From Eledone cirrhosa (Eukaryota), in the NCBI GenBank assembly GCA_964016885.1, contig OZ024740.1, positions 240,126,001 to 240,190,000 of the forward strand: a DNA stretch of 64,000 nt, given 5' to 3'. The notes beneath the pieces were generated by a model. The model saw only the letters and a list, made by a program, of their open reading frames with translations. It did no database searches and was not told the origin of the DNA. Of the stretch, positions 1 through 15,550 are shown one piece after another (position 1 is the stretch's first letter; each line of letters begins with the position of its first letter). Both the position numbers and the translations under genes were made by a program.

Positions 1-198
1 GCGATACATAGGTATTCCGTCTGTTACAGAAACATATGTCAATACCTAATAAATTCCTTTATAAAAGCACTTTCATTTTATATTCATCTTTTCTACATTT
101 TCTCCGGAATATAATTTTTACTCGTTGAGCAAACCTACACGTACGCTGTTCATCTCTAACGTGACGATATATTATCACTACATTATTGATAGCTTGAA

Positions 199-342
<144 letters not shown>

Positions 343-1080
343 TAACACTGGAAATAGCACAGAAAATATATTTTAGGGTTTGTTTTTCTTTTTTTCCTTT
401 CTTAATGTCATTTTGACGAATGAAAGAAAGGGAAAAAACGAAAAACAGACCCTAAAATATATTTTTTGTGCTATTTCCAACTTCACTTTTTCTCTATAAC
501 CACTGTTTTGAATAGAACATTACTTCCCTTTTCTTATATAAAAAATATATATATTGTTATACTTGGGGAGGGTGATATGTGCGTAATATTGCCAAAATTA
601 ATAACAGAACACACTCACTGTTTGGTTGGTTTTCGCTTCTCGCTGTCTTTTATATCTGCGATCTAACTTACTCGGTCCTCAATGTTGCCATTGACTGACC
701 GACGGTCAAAAATAATACAGATACAATATAGACACAAACACATATATATAGTTTACATAATTTACATAAATCTTTCGTTGCCCTTCTGCAACATCGTCAG
801 TGGTGTTATATTTTTTTCCTCCTGTTGTGTTGTATGTCTACGCCATTTTTTATTCAGTCTGTCTATATATTTATTTATTTATTTGCTTGTTTGTTTATTT
901 TATTTTATTTTGTCTTCTTTGCGCATGCGTTTGCGTGTGTGTATAGTGTTATGTGTGTTGTGTGACTAGTGTGTATAGTGTTGTGTCTGTTGGGTGACTA
1001 GTGTGTGTTTATGCGCTAAACTAATATATATATATATACTAATATTATTATAATATTATTATATTCACTTTCTTCTGCAG

Positions 1081-1329
1081 ATAAACGGGAAATTCCGAGT
1101 TGTGAATTGTTCTAAACCAGGTCACGGTGTGATTTCAATGATCGATGAGGTAAAGGCAACGTATGTTTTAACTGGAACACGTGGTCAAGGCAAAATTCGA
1201 CGAACCATTTTGGGGAGTGTAAGTGACTATATTGTGCACCATTCGCCTGTTCCTGTCGTTGTTGCCCGCCGAGAAAAACATCATAAACATGAAGAACGTG
1301 AAGATGGTGAATTCAAGCCAATGGTTTAA
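1081..1329 (+). CDS. Terminal coding exon of a universal stress protein (UspA-domain) gene; upstream exons not identified in the window
   Basis: A pyrimidine tract and acceptor (cactttcttctgcag) end at 1080. The frame reads INGKFRVVNCSKPGHGVISMIDEVKATYVLTGTRGQGKIRRTILGSVSDYIVHHSPVPVVVAR...KPMV*. It contains the USP motif G-x-R-G-x(9)-GSVS...PV-x-V. Stop TAA at 1327-1329; AATAAA at 1350. Confidence 0.9.
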   Translation: MNGKFRVVNCSKPGHGVISMIDEVKATYVLTGTRGQGKIRRTILGSVSDYIVHHSPVPVVVARREKHHKHEEREDGEFKPMV

Positions 1330-1766
1330 TGGAATGAAGTCAATGAAGCAATAAAATGGAGAAAGAGAGAGGGTGCAAAAGAGAGAGAGAAAGGGAGAGA
1401 AATAGAGGAAGAAAAATCAAATGAAAGAATGAAAAAAGGTGTGAAATTAAATAGTTACTGCTCCATCTATTTAACCATCTGTCCCGCATTCTTATCAATT
1501 TATCTATCTCAGTCACTAGGTGTTAGTCCCTGTATGTATATATATATGTGTGTGTGTGTGTTTATATATAAACGTATGTACGTATATCATATATATATAC
1601 ACAAACACACATATATATATGTGTGTGTGTGTTTGTTTGTGTGTGTGTACATATATATACGTATATATATATATATATATTTATACGTATACATAGTTAT
1701 ACGTGTACATATACATGCATACATTTATATATAAATGTATGTATGTATATCATTATATATATATAA

Positions 1767-1799
<33 letters not shown>

Positions 1800-1929
1800 G
1801 TCCATATATATATATAAATACATACATATACATACATGTATACCTACACACATTCTTACACAAAGTTGATTGTAAATAAGGAGTTAATGATTTAATATTC
1901 TATTTCAATCATTTCTAATACACACACGC

Positions 1930-2009
1930 ATACATACATTCATACATACATACATGCATACATACACTGATATATACATACATTCATACATACATGCATA
2001 CATACACTC

Positions 2010-2040
<31 letters not shown>

Positions 2041-2187
2041 CATACATACATACATACATACATACGTACATACATATACACGTACATATATATATATTTG
2101 TATATATGCATGTATGTGCATACATATACACATATATACATATATACATACACTCTTACATACATACATACATACATACATACACTC

Positions 2188-2244
<57 letters not shown>

Positions 2245-2300
2245 CACGTACATATATATATTTGTATATATGCATGTATGTGCATACATATACATATATA
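1930..2300. repeat. Compound (ATAC)n microsatellite with higher-order internal duplication
   Basis: (atac)n tracts with repeated interruptions (cactcttaca; cacgtacatatatatatatttgtatatatgcatgtatgtgc). Confidence 0.9.
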
Positions 2301-4434
2301 TGTGTGCGATGTGTGTGTATATAAATATTCACAATCTTTTTCTATTTCTTCATTTGTGTCTTTCTGACCCGCCTTATTCAACTCTCTCTATCTTTTCCAA
2401 ATGCACGCAAACACAGTTGCGGTATATATTTTCACATATGTTTGCGTAATACACAGTGTGTGTATGTGTGTGTGCGTGTATGAGTGTGTGTGTTTTCGTG
2501 CGCCTGTGGGTGTATTTGTATGTGTTTGCGTGCGCCTGTGAGTGTGTTTGCGTGTGTTTGCGTGCGCCTTTCATAGTGTGACTGTGTGTGTGTATGTGTG
2601 TATGCTTCAAAGATAACTTTGACTGATTTCTATAAATAATCAAGCATTAAATGTTGAAATCTTAAAATGGGAAGAACAGCATCAATCGATAACTTGATAT
2701 TTTATAATGATATAATATATTTTGATTTCTTTTAAAAAAAAAATATATCACTTTGCCAGACTTGCAATTCGAAACTCCTGGTTGATAAAGTTATTTAAAC
2801 ACCAGATGTAATATTTTGATGTAGACATTTTTAACCAGGAATTTGCTTTTATGTTTCTTTCCTAGTTTCTTTATTTCCCCCCTCCGTTAATAATGAATGC
2901 ATAAATATTCCTAGATAATCCTGTTGTTCTTTCTTTTGTTATTCTTCATTTCGTTTATTTGCATGATATAATATTAATATAATTTTGTGTTTTCAGTAAT
3001 TTCATGCAAAACTTACACTGCACCGCCATCGCACCTATGTGTTTTTGAAGTGTGCACAACTGTGTCTTAAGGGAGTGGGAAGGTACTTGTGTTGAATCTA
3101 ATATGGTGTCTAATATATGTGCTGTGTAAGTTGTGTCATACAATGGGGAGCTAATTGTGTAATATATATGTTTAATATATGTGTTTAACTTGTTTTATTG
3201 TGTAGAATATGCGGTGTAGAAGTCGGGTTATAGTATTGGGAAGAGTACTTGTATATAATATGTGATGTGTGATATGTTGTGTGTAGGTTGTGTTAATGTA
3301 TTGAGAGATGATTGTGTAGAATGTTTTGTGTATGTTGTGTAATACGATTGGGTGGTAATTGTAGAGAACATATGATCTATAAGTTGTATTATATTTGGAA
3401 GTAATTTCGAAGTGCAATTCGTGTGTAAGTTATGATTTAGTAATGTGAAGTACTGGAAAGTGATTGTTTATATTATGTGGTGTGCGCGTCTTATAGTATT
3501 GGGTTATGATTGCAAGCATTCTGTGAGTTGTGTGATTGAATTGAAAGTGTATTGCGTAAAACTGTGTACCATTCCTCGTAGTGCTGTGTTTTAAATTTCG
3601 ACATTGTAGGTCTTGAAATATTGATGTATTTTAGAATATTTTTATTTTTGTTTAAACACAGTGCACCGATTTTTATTTGGACCATTTTTACTCTCATAGA
3701 CGACATTTCGCTGTTACTTCAAATGTTTTACCGCTTTCTTCTTTTAATAGTCTATAAGCAAAATCATCTTAGCAAAATAAGACTGGTTTTTGCTTTCACA
3801 CTGCAGATGTACTGGCTTTATAGCATTTTATTTCCTTAGAGTAGAAGCTTCCTGTTTAGTCTCTATAAGTCCTATAACAGTACGAAACAGTGTTTCAACT
3901 GGAGTACAAATACAAGAACACAACACATAGGGCATTGATAACAACCAGCGATCAAATCAATGATCAAACCAGTGATCAAACCAGTCGAAATAAGTAAAAT
4001 ATTTAAATACTGTTTAGTTCTAATCTAAGTCATTATAAGAAGTAACGAACGGAATAGCATGCTAATGATTTATTACGAATAAATAAGTGAGCTATTACTC
4101 TGGAGTCTCCTCTAGCATCCGGTTTATCAAATTGTTATCTTACTGAGCCAGTCAGGTAGATGTTTGATAAAGACATAAACCAGACACCCTGGGAAACACC
4201 AGAGTATATAACAACTGCTTCAACTGAAATATGTTTGTCTGTGTGTATGTATGTCAGTGTGTGTATATGTGTGCATATACGAGTATTCATAGATTCTTAC
4301 AAAATATTAAATCAACGTTTTATGTAAGAGAATATATATCCCTTTTAGTTATCAGCCAAAATAGTACAAATAGGCGATGGCGATGATGACCACGACAACG
4401 ATGATGATGATGATGATGATGATGAAGACGCTGA

Positions 4435-4470
<36 letters not shown>

Positions 4471-4970
4471 TGACAATGAGGATGGTGGTGATGATGATGA
4501 TGAAGAATAGGAAGGAGGGGAGGGTTGCGAATTATGGTTACGACGATTAAGTTGTGATGAAACGCCTCCAAACTGTTTTTATTGTACGCACAATTTTCCT
4601 ATATGAACAAGGGAAGTAACCATTCTTGACTGTTCAAAACTATTCTGCGCTCAAACAAGACTACGTAAACATAACTTTTCTGATTTTCTTGCCAATATTG
4701 AGCAAATAGTATGGATATGTTTAGAAAAGCTCAGTCATTGTGAATAGATATAAATATATATTTATTATATTTACCAAGTGAAAACATGATAACACCTTCA
4801 TGTACAGGAATATAAATATAGCCAAACCTTCCCTTTCGTATACATATTATATGTATATGTTCACAATAATGTTGTGAAAACTCTTTAACAGACAGAAAAG
4901 TACACCTATGTGTAGTACAGACACATTTATACACAAACAAAAATAGTTCGTTCTTGCTCAGAATAATTAT

Positions 4971-5042
<72 letters not shown>

Positions 5043-6022
5043 CGATATATGAGAAGTAAAAATGTATTCTATATCTTCCACCAATCGAAGTATTTTATAG
5101 GACTGTATAGTTTTGTAGTTTTACGTGAATGTCTATGATCAGTATTATTAATTTTCTGTCTTTTAGATCCTTCAAATTTACTTTGTTTTATTTTTGTAAT
5201 CCTTTAGAGACCGAAAATTGATTTTATTAATTTTTTTATAGACTGCATCTCAAGAATGAAGTATGGCAAATAATTTTTCGATTTCAACTTTTATTCATGA
5301 TGAAAAATACATGATAGCTATCTATCTACTATTATATCAAACTCACAAATATATAAATGATCCACAATTCGTTTCCTTGGATCTAAAAATGAAAATTGAA
5401 AGAAATTATATTTTAAATCCAGTGTTCCTCCGAATGTGTCTGTCTGGGGTGTAATGTCAAGTGATTCTGATATCAATTTTTATATATATATATTTACAAT
5501 ATGAATTAACCGAAAGTAACTATTAAATATTGATAAAGACTTTCATTTGCTCAATAGGTAAACGTAGAATTTCAGAAAGATGAAAATGATTGCCTATTGG
5601 TTCTGAATACAAACGTGTTTTAATTGGCGCCATTTACCATCTCTGTGCAAATCTTTCTTTGATTAGACACTCCAGTTGTAAACCTTTGAGTATACATCGT
5701 ATCAGCTTATATATATGCTTACATATGAACACGAGGACATGCAAATAGATGCTGATGCGGATATAAGTTAATGTGCATATGTCAGATTGTGTATTAGAGA
5801 CTCGCGTCAAAAAAGACAATTTAAATCGCTGTAGATAAAGCATCTTCATGAAGTTTTTAATGCAGGCAGCTACTTGTTGCCAATTTCCCCAAACCTAAAT
5901 GACAGTGCACGTGGTGTTGAGTGTCTGCGTAGTGATACAACGAAACGTCCACAATGAGATGGTAATACACAGCCTTATATATGCATATGTGTACATAGGC
6001 GCGTATATATTCACAGACATAC

Positions 6023-6101
<79 letters not shown>

Positions 6102-7679
6102 ACTTCAATGAATAATTCATTCATTGACGTAAAGAAAATCTTCAATGAATATGGATGTTTTAATTTTCAAATGGTTGTCTGTTATATATTTGACATGGTG
6201 TATGCAATCGCTTATAGAACTAGAGAATTCAGCTATGAATGTTATTTGTTTTCAATTTTGGAACACTGCAGTAGGGGTCAGGTGGAGTTTACAAATCTCA
6301 CTGCGACCAGACTAAATGACTTACACCATTTAGTTCCGATCCCACTGAGGCTGATTTTGCTTATCATCCCATTTGGACCAATAAATTGTGCACTAAGCAT
6401 ACATTGGATCGATTAAACTAACTACACCTTAATTTTGTAAAGCTTAACCGTTGTGGTGTTTGTGAAACATTGAAATTTGATTATTAATTGTTCAAACTCA
6501 CGTAATGTTTAAGCAAAGTTATTTTGTCATATTATAGTATAGTTTTTTTTTTTTTTTATCTCATAGCAAAATTATACGTCATGTGATTCATATTCATGTT
6601 GTGTATTTCAGGCTATCTCACAGCTGATCAGAGACACACACACACTGTGTTTCATTCAGCCTGTATTTAGTGTGTTTTTTTATTCAGTATTGATTCAAAC
6701 ACGACCATTGTATACCTCATATAATTCAACACCAATTATATTCGTTTTTGTTAACTCAACTTTTGTTTCTTGGAATATTTGTTTTTATCTTTGTTTCCAG
6801 TTTTCCAAATGAATCAAAATTATCGCAATTCAATCCAGCATATTTGAATATTATATTTTAAATAGAAATTTCTTTTCTTTTCCAGACTAATGATTTTTGA
6901 TGTCACATTTCTTTCTGTTAAACAATTTAGTTGAATTTCTTCGCTTGATTTACACATTATATATACTTTGTCTAATATACAATGACACCCATGCACACAC
7001 GGATATTTCATTATTTATGTTTCATAGGTAGTATCTACACATACATTTATGTGAAATATTCATCACATATACATTCAATACAAGATCATAATCGATTTGA
7101 CTCAATAAGGAAACTCTAATCATCATTCATAATTTTTCCAAATAAGTTATTGTTAAATCATTTAAACTTTGCTAAAAGTTTGAATTATTCCAATCCTCTA
7201 AACAAATACGTACTTTATTTTATATTCGTTTAATCTTTAGACTTTTAAAATAAAATACTCATAAAGTAATACTTAAAATTATGAAATATTTACAGGTCAA
7301 ACTTGTTAAAGTATAAGATTTCTTTCTTTACGTTATACATTCCGTATTATATATCGTCTACCATAAAAACCCAGAAGCACCTATATATTTACAAATAGAA
7401 GCATACATATACATATTATTCTACTGGACTCTATATTTGTGAGTGGGTGTTTATGTTAACAGGTTTACAATAATCTGATTTTGCAACTGCCCATTGTATT
7501 TCGTTCATTATCAACTATTCAACAATGTATACACTATCAGTTGTATATTATTAGTATTGTTATTCACGTGAGTCTGCGTGTTCATATTGTCTATACAAGT
7601 CGTTACAATTTTCATTGTTAATTATTTTTTCCTCCAAAGAAGGAAGTGTATATTTAAATGTAATCAAGAGAAGACTTAG

Positions 7680-7768
<89 letters not shown>

Positions 7769-7770
7769 CT

Positions 7771-7849
<79 letters not shown>

Positions 7850-8480
7850 ACTTAATCTGGCATTAAGCTGTAGACATGTATGCCTAAACTATTATCTAAT
7901 TAGGTAATCGGCTGATGAACTTGAACACCCCGTGGACAGAGGCAGATGCACAAATTCGGAGAAGGATATCTGGTATATATTTATGAAATATAGGGAGGGG
8001 AAAACGAACTAAAATTTGTTCAATTCGCAAGACCCAGAATTAATAACTATTCTTGGTTTTGGATAGTCTTTGGAGACATGTATAAACGTCGATTCCTATC
8101 ATGGGTTGTGAGATGGTGAGGAATATCAGACGTTTCTTAATCGATAAGGATTCTATATTTGATAAAATACATATTCTATTTCGATATTTAAGTATTTCAC
8201 TTGGTACCACCTAAGGGTGTGTGGTTGCAAGATCCTTCTGATTCTGTCATAGAATAAAATATGGTGATGACGGTGGGTATGCCAGACCTCTGCCATTGGT
8301 TCATGGATATTGACACACTAAGACCTTTCCTGGGAACATTAGCAAAGTAAGCTATATAATAATAACAATAATAATAAAATAATAATAACAACAATAATAA
8401 TAAAATAATAATAATAACAACAATAATAATACTTATGAAGATGATGACTATGATGATGGTGATGATGATGATGATGATAA

Positions 8481-8965
8481 TTTTTATATTACCACAAAGG
8501 TGAGGGACATTACATGGGCAACTAACTTACAAGAGATATGGGGTCTCATAGAAATCGAATGATATGAAAAGAAAGCGGTCGTATACACATGTACGAAAAG
8601 GTCACAGGAGAACGAATACCACCGCGGGACCAATCAAGGAACCCCACAGGTCCAAAGTTACCCCGACTATCATGGGTAAGTGCTCTCTCCCAACTGTATT
8701 CCCTGGCATACAGGGAATAGGTCCATTCATTTGGGCCATTCTTGCCATTCTCACCCATTTTTCAACTAATTTACTGAAGGGCAACATCTCACTCTTCACC
8801 CTCAACCTCCTCTTCATGTGGAACTTAAATACATTAATAAGCGCTTGGGAAAAGAGGAAAGTGTCTGATATTAGTCCTATTAGAAGTGTTCACCATACAA
8901 CCGTTTTCGCCATAGCCACCAGTCTCAATACCAGTTTCGGAAGATGATACTTCAAAAATATCATC
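8481..8965 (-). mobile_element. 3' fragment of a Tx1/L1-clade LINE, related to 37588-40170
   Basis: Minus-strand KRRLRVKSEMLPFSKLVEKWVRMARMAQMNGP aligns with RRKVRVEREVLRPSKFAERWVNMAKMARVNGP of ORF 39604-39918. The 3' tail (tgtaatgtccc...tgtgg-A-rich) is similar. Confidence 0.8.
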
Positions 8966-9091
8966 AGAATTTCTGTGGTTATTTCATTATATCATATTAT
9001 ATATTATATTATATTATATTATATTATATCATATTATATTATATTATATTATATTATATTATATTATATCATATTATATTATGGTTATTAT

Positions 9092-9292
9092 AAGGACGTC
9101 GGGATTACAGAGTCGAACAAAATGACTTGAGGTATGTTACGAACCTTTATAATCTGGGTTCAAATACTGCCGAGGTCAACTCGTCTTTTCATCCTTCGGG
9201 GATCGATGAAATAAAGTATCAGTCAAGCACTGGGATCAATTTGATCGATTATACACATTTCTAGCCTCGTGTCTATATTATAAATTATTATT
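9092..9292 (+). mobile_element. Diverged copy of SINE family A
   Basis: gggttcaaatactgccgaggtcaactcgtcttttcatccttcggggatcgatgaaataaagtatcag matches the family core. Confidence 0.7.
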
Positions 9293-9505
9293 TTAGTTAT
9301 AACAAGATCCAGTGAGAGATTTAGTCTAAATAATCTTATGTTGAGGTATTAGAAACATTGATGATGTCAACTGAAATATTCAAAGACCCCCTTAGGACTT
9401 CCTCCACTCGTTTAGTTGAGATGACATGAAAGAAACTAAGAAAGAGATCTTGATTAGTATAGCAAACGCAAACATTGTCCATTGGTCACGTTATAACACA
9501 CACAC

Positions 9506-9568
<63 letters not shown>

Positions 9569-9605
9569 TACATACATGCATACATTATGCATCAATCCAT
9601 ACATA

Positions 9606-9669
<64 letters not shown>

Positions 9670-9766
9670 TATATATATATATAACGAAGGAGGTGTGGTA
9701 AGGAACCAGATGGACCATAACGCACCAGAGTACTCAATACTTAGTGTAGTAGAGTGGGTAATAGGA

Positions 9767-9843
9767 AAATGTTTAACCCCGACGGAAGAGCTCAACCCGT
9801 TTCGTCGAAACGGCTTGAGCTCTGCCGTCAGGGTTAAACATTT
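9767..9843. repeat. Hairpin inside (TA)n made of two inverted 3' halves of a hammerhead-like motif
   Basis: aaatgtttaaccccgacggaagagctcaacccgtttcg-t-cgaaacggcttgagctctgccgtcagggttaaacattt. Each arm reads GAAA-CGG...CCG-TC-RGGGTTAAAC. Confidence 0.65.
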
Positions 9844-10030
9844 ATATATATATATATATATATGATATATGTACGTACATTGAAAATTCCATATATATCA
9901 TATATGGAGGTACATTGAAAATTCCTGAGAAAAGAAACATGAGAACAATAAACAATAATGATGCTAGTAATAATAACATTAATAATAATAATAGTAGTAA
10001 TTGTTATTATTATTATTACTATTATTAAAG

Positions 10031-10252
10031 AGCGGTGGATTGGTAGTATCGGTAGAGGGTCAGACGTTATGCTTTGCAGCATAGAATTACGGCCCTTTAC
10101 TTTCTAAGTTCAAATCCCGCCGAGGTTAACTTTGCCCTTCATCCTTACGGAGTCGATAAAATAAAGTACCAGTAATACACTGGGATCGATTTAATAGATT
10201 TTCCCTTCCCCAAATTGCTGGCTTTGTGCCTAAAGTAGAAACTATTATTATT
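10031..10252 (+). mobile_element. Full-length SINE family A copy (tRNA-derived head, Meta-domain-like core)
   Basis: B-box-like gttcaaatcccgcc. The core gaggttaactttgcccttcatccttacggagtcgataaaataaagtaccag resembles the MetaSINE central domain (from recall). It has an (att)n tail, and there are more than 10 copies in the window. Confidence 0.85.
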
Positions 10253-11130
10253 GAGGCATCAATTCCAACTGATTACAATATATCTTCAAACGGAATTATA
10301 GAGAAACTATCTAAATATAAAAACCTGGAAATAGAATTTTCAGAAAACTTTGAAATTTCGAACTAAAATGATCCTCCATATCAATATATGCTTTGGTAAT
10401 AATAAAAAGCGATGCAGACACATAATCTATAAGCTAAACCTCGGGATTTACACACACACACGTTCTAGGACAAGAACACATACACTAAGATTATATACAA
10501 AACACTAGGACCTACACACATATAAGCCCATTTTTTATATCGAAAGTCGTACTACTAATCACACGACACGTATGGTTATATAATAAAAAACATACAAATA
10601 TATAACAATTTTATTGATTAGTTATAACTGCTATTTAGTGAAAAGTTAAAATTAGGACCAAATCATTCACTTTCGAAATAGAAGAACTATTCTTCAACGG
10701 CAATTTTATTACTGATGGTTCCATTGAATGGAAAATTGTATCCCTTCTTAATGTATAATGCGTTGGTAAATGTGCACCGCCACAACTACCATCACATTTG
10801 ATGATATATAAACAACCGTAGTAGTTTGCAATAATGACAATGGTAGAATAGATCTTGATTTCTTTATAGTTATGTAGTATATAATCTTTACTAGATTAAT
10901 ACAGCTAATAGATAGCACTGTTACGTAGAAATAGTTCAAATTAAAAAGTAAAATTCTTTACTAACTGTCAACTTATCCGTTAGTTCTATTGCCCGTTGTT
11001 GTGTATACCTAAACTCGCTGTTTTATTTTCATCACACACACACATATATATATATGTATATATATATATGTATGTCTGCGAGAGTGTTTGTTTATATTTA
11101 TATATATATATACATATATATATACATATA

Positions 11131-11216
<86 letters not shown>

Positions 11217-11235
11217 ATATATATATATATAATAT

Positions 11236-11319
<84 letters not shown>

Positions 11320-14300
11320 TGAATAGATTTGTTGGCATCTAAATTCCTGTTTCCTACAAACCTCACAGTTTATATGCCGAATTCATGTATGTTAATTGGA
11401 ATTTCCTTTGGGAAATCACCAGTAATACATGCGGTCTTTTCTTCGTATATTAGATTGCTGTATTTTCTTTCGTTTTTTGTTCGTTTTTTTTTTCCTCAGT
11501 GCGCATAATATTGTATGCACATGATTGTTATAAGCAGATTAGTTTTCTTGTATTGTGATCGTCAAGAATTGTAGAGAAAATAGTTAAACGCAGTTTGAAT
11601 AATGGAAATGTTTAATGTTTTTGTAATGACATACATAATAGCATCTATTAAATAGAGTACTAAAAATTATTGTGTTTCATTTTTTTTTTTTTTTCTGCTG
11701 AACCGTTCATTATATTTCTGCAAAACTTTCCAGCATCAGGAGATGCGAAGCTATAACACCTGTGGTGTAATATTTCAAGCCAATTAGGATTTATAAAAGC
11801 CGAATATATTTTGTCATTTGAAGAACACCGTGGTTACAGCTTGACATTCAATAGTTTTTTATGGCTTGCGCAGCATTAAAATCTGAATAACAGAACAAGA
11901 ATACCCTTAATATCCAGCCACAGTTTTAACAAGATGTTCGCTTACCTCACGTATCTATTATATATATAGATTGATATATTATCCCATTTCACTATTGCTG
12001 GTGAACATCGATTGGACATCGATTGGCGTCTTTCCTGGCCTGTTCGAAACAGTTAAATGTGTGGCGAAAACAATTCTTCAAATCATACAGTTTACATAAC
12101 TTATTATTCTCAGTCTAACAAGACACAGATGGTTATTAAATGCTAGTGCTAGGTTATAACCTAGCAGAACGGCCAAAATAGTAAAGAAAATGGCTTAAAC
12201 TTACGACTTGGGTGGCAAGATAACGTGTAAAGAGAAAGGTTGCTAGTAGTTCAGACTGTATTTCTTTTTTTACCTTTTGAAGTGGTTGCAAGAAAAGGTC
12301 GACTATCTGGTCGTCAATTTCTTCTTAGCAGAAATAAAGTTGGATATTTTGAAACAAAGTAACCAGACTAACTTTCAGCTGCATGATTTATTAATGGATA
12401 AATTATTTGTTACACATGATGAATTTATTTAATATATTATTTATTTATGTATTTATTTATTATTAATGGATAATATTTGTTAAATATATTGAGAATATTA
12501 AGTTAGATGTTGCATAATTTATCGAAACACGTCAGACGTGATTGGAATTGATATAGAAAAGATGTTACAAATATATTGATAATCTCTTATCGATAGTGAT
12601 ATAATGTCTGTTATAATACAGTTACATACATAAGGTACAGTACATACTTATGAATATTCCAATTCTGAACATCTGTCTTGATTAGGTTGTCCCAAACACA
12701 ACTGTTGTAGAATACATATCAGGAATATTAAAGAGTTAATTTAAGATACCACAAGCTCTAAAATGTTTTATCAAGAGATTCTCTGTTACGTATATCAAAC
12801 CCTTGTAAACATTCCCTAATTCAGAGCTGCGGCAATCATATAGCAATGGTATATCTTCGTAGACATCCATATATATCGTAGTTTAATTTGTTTTTTAAAT
12901 TGTGTGATCCAGACGTCATCTAAATAAATAACTGTTTGAATGTATTGCATAAAACACTTCCTGCTTTCAATAACTGTGACTTTACACCATTAAATATGAA
13001 AATATACATATGTGTTCCATCTCTAACAAAACGTAATCTTGTTTATCATACTAAATATTATTTTATATCCAGCAAGCTTAATGTCCAATTTCTCTAAGAT
13101 AATGGAAACGATATTAATTATCCCCGCATTATGCAGTGTGCATGAAAGTATACTTTCATGATTGTTGTCTTATAGGCTTTGTGGTGATTGGTAAATCTCT
13201 CTTAGTTGGTATTTGTTGGTGACGTTCCCCGGGTGCTGTATGGACTGTTCTCTACAGGCTTATGTGATGGGCAAGTTATAAGGTTGTGGATTTCGTTATA
13301 ATAGGGATAAAAAAGATATAGTTCGGAAAATATATGATATAGGTGGGGATATATAAGATCGTTTCCATTGTCTTAGAGAAATTGGACATTAAATTTCATT
13401 CCATGTTACATCAAAGGGTATCTACCAACATTGCAGATTACCTCTGCTGTCACTTTTTAAAGTACAATGGTTCAATTAACAGCAAATAAAAAGCTTTTAC
13501 ATTTGCAGCTGCTTTTACTTCAAATTCTACACTGCACCCATTCAATAACACTCCAAAACTGTTCTCTACTATCCTTGCTTCACCGCAACCACACTCAGTT
13601 ACCTTTCGCAACCGCCAAAGATGAATCTAAGTGGTCGTACAATATACTAGAAATAACAGTCAAATCTCCCTGAAATTACAACTTATCGTCGTAAAAAAGG
13701 CTGGCCAAATTGGGTAACGGAGCTGTTAAAATATGATAAAACGACAATGGTCATACTTAGAACGTCTTTGATCACATTTCTGATGGATTAGGGTTGACAG
13801 GGGCTAAACAACAACGCTTCTGATCTTGCCAACCCAATAAAATGATCAGTCCAGATAGTGCATATTGCATTCTCTCAAAGAATGCTTTCCAAGAGTGGCT
13901 CTAGTACGTTTCAGTCTTTCTCTTCATACAACATTTTATGTCAATCTGTGGAAAACGTTTGGGGTCCTATACCCAAAGCGAGCACCCTGTAAAGTATTGA
14001 CACGTGGCTCTGATGTCAAGCGTCTGGAAAATATTAGTGTCTTCTGCTGTTTCCCTTGATATCAACAACGTATTTCTCCAAGACTGTCACGAGAAACCTC
14101 TAGTTAAATTTCTAACATGTGAGCTCCATCTGTTTTTCATAAGATCGATAGTTTCCTACGAAATTACTCCATTGAAGCATACATTGACAACTTTCCAATA
14201 TCTCTACACTAACGACCTACATGCTGGCTCATCTAATGGCGCTCACTTCCCGTCACTCTTCAAACATGACTGTTGAATTAACAGTACATTTGCAATAAAG

Positions 14301-15348
14301 CTACCATATTTGCACAACTTAAATATAATTCCTTTCAAACTCCTCTTAGATACGTTAACAGCTTCACTAACACTACACACAATCGCCATTTTCGAAAACT
14401 CCTTTGATCCATTTAATAGAGAAGTTTCTACGCAGTCACACGACCTGCCAAGGCCTACAATCTCTGATTATCGATCATTTCATTCCCACATATATAACAT
14501 TGCTACAGTTCCATCATCAATACTAAATTTATTTTTCAGATTAAAGATGACATAATTGCTGATTAATCGTCAGTCCTTTTTAGATAACGAAAACAAAAGC
14601 AGCTGTGGTGAGTGTCTATTAACTGTGGTTGAAACTGTTTGGGATTTGACATCAACAATAGCTTTTACCATTTCTGCCAGGTCACCTTACATATGTGTTA
14701 CCATCAATATATCTAATCCATTCTATATTAGGGTTTTATGTTGGTTTTAACAGTGACATTCCAATATGTTATTACATTTATTGGCAGAGGTGTTTCTGAT
14801 CACCAGAATTAAAATATCTCTATGACATTTTTATATCTTAATATTATGAAACTACTCCCTGACACCCCTTTGCATTAGCCCTATCTTTTATTTAAACATT
14901 TTTCTAGCTTTACATACCATTGCGAGCCGACATAACTATCCAAACCCCTTGAGATTCGATAGTGCATTCTAATCCAAAAGTGCCATCATAAATAATTACA
15001 TTCCCTGATAGCTGATAATACAAACCTAACATCCGCTACATTTCAAAATTAATACCCTACCAATGAGTTTTCTCTTTAAGCCTAGGCAATACTCCAACAG
15101 TAAAAGCTAACTGCCTATTTACATATCATAATCACATATCACTTCAGAAATTTGGTTGCTTATTTGGAAAAGTCCATGCATCACATATTTGCATACGTAT
15201 ATGTACACACACACACACATATATACACACATACACACACACATTCTTGTAGATATCTCAAATGTGTTTAATATGTGTCTACTTTTACACACACACCCCA
15301 CCAAAAAAACAGATTTTGATCTCTGACTTTTCTCATACACAATATATA

Positions 15349-15398
<50 letters not shown>

Positions 15399-15423
15399 TG
15401 TGTGCGTGCGTGTGTGTGTGTGT

Positions 15424-15550
<127 letters not shown>

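Noticed and set aside
4376-4505. Poly-His/Arg ORF (4320-4571)
   Set aside because: It is a (GAT)n/(GAC)n trinucleotide microsatellite.
11332-11378. Minus-strand ggcatataaa-CTGTGA...GAAAC...tttagatgcc
   Set aside because: A stem I-like pairing exists, but the core lacks a base and there is no stem II or cleavage triplet.
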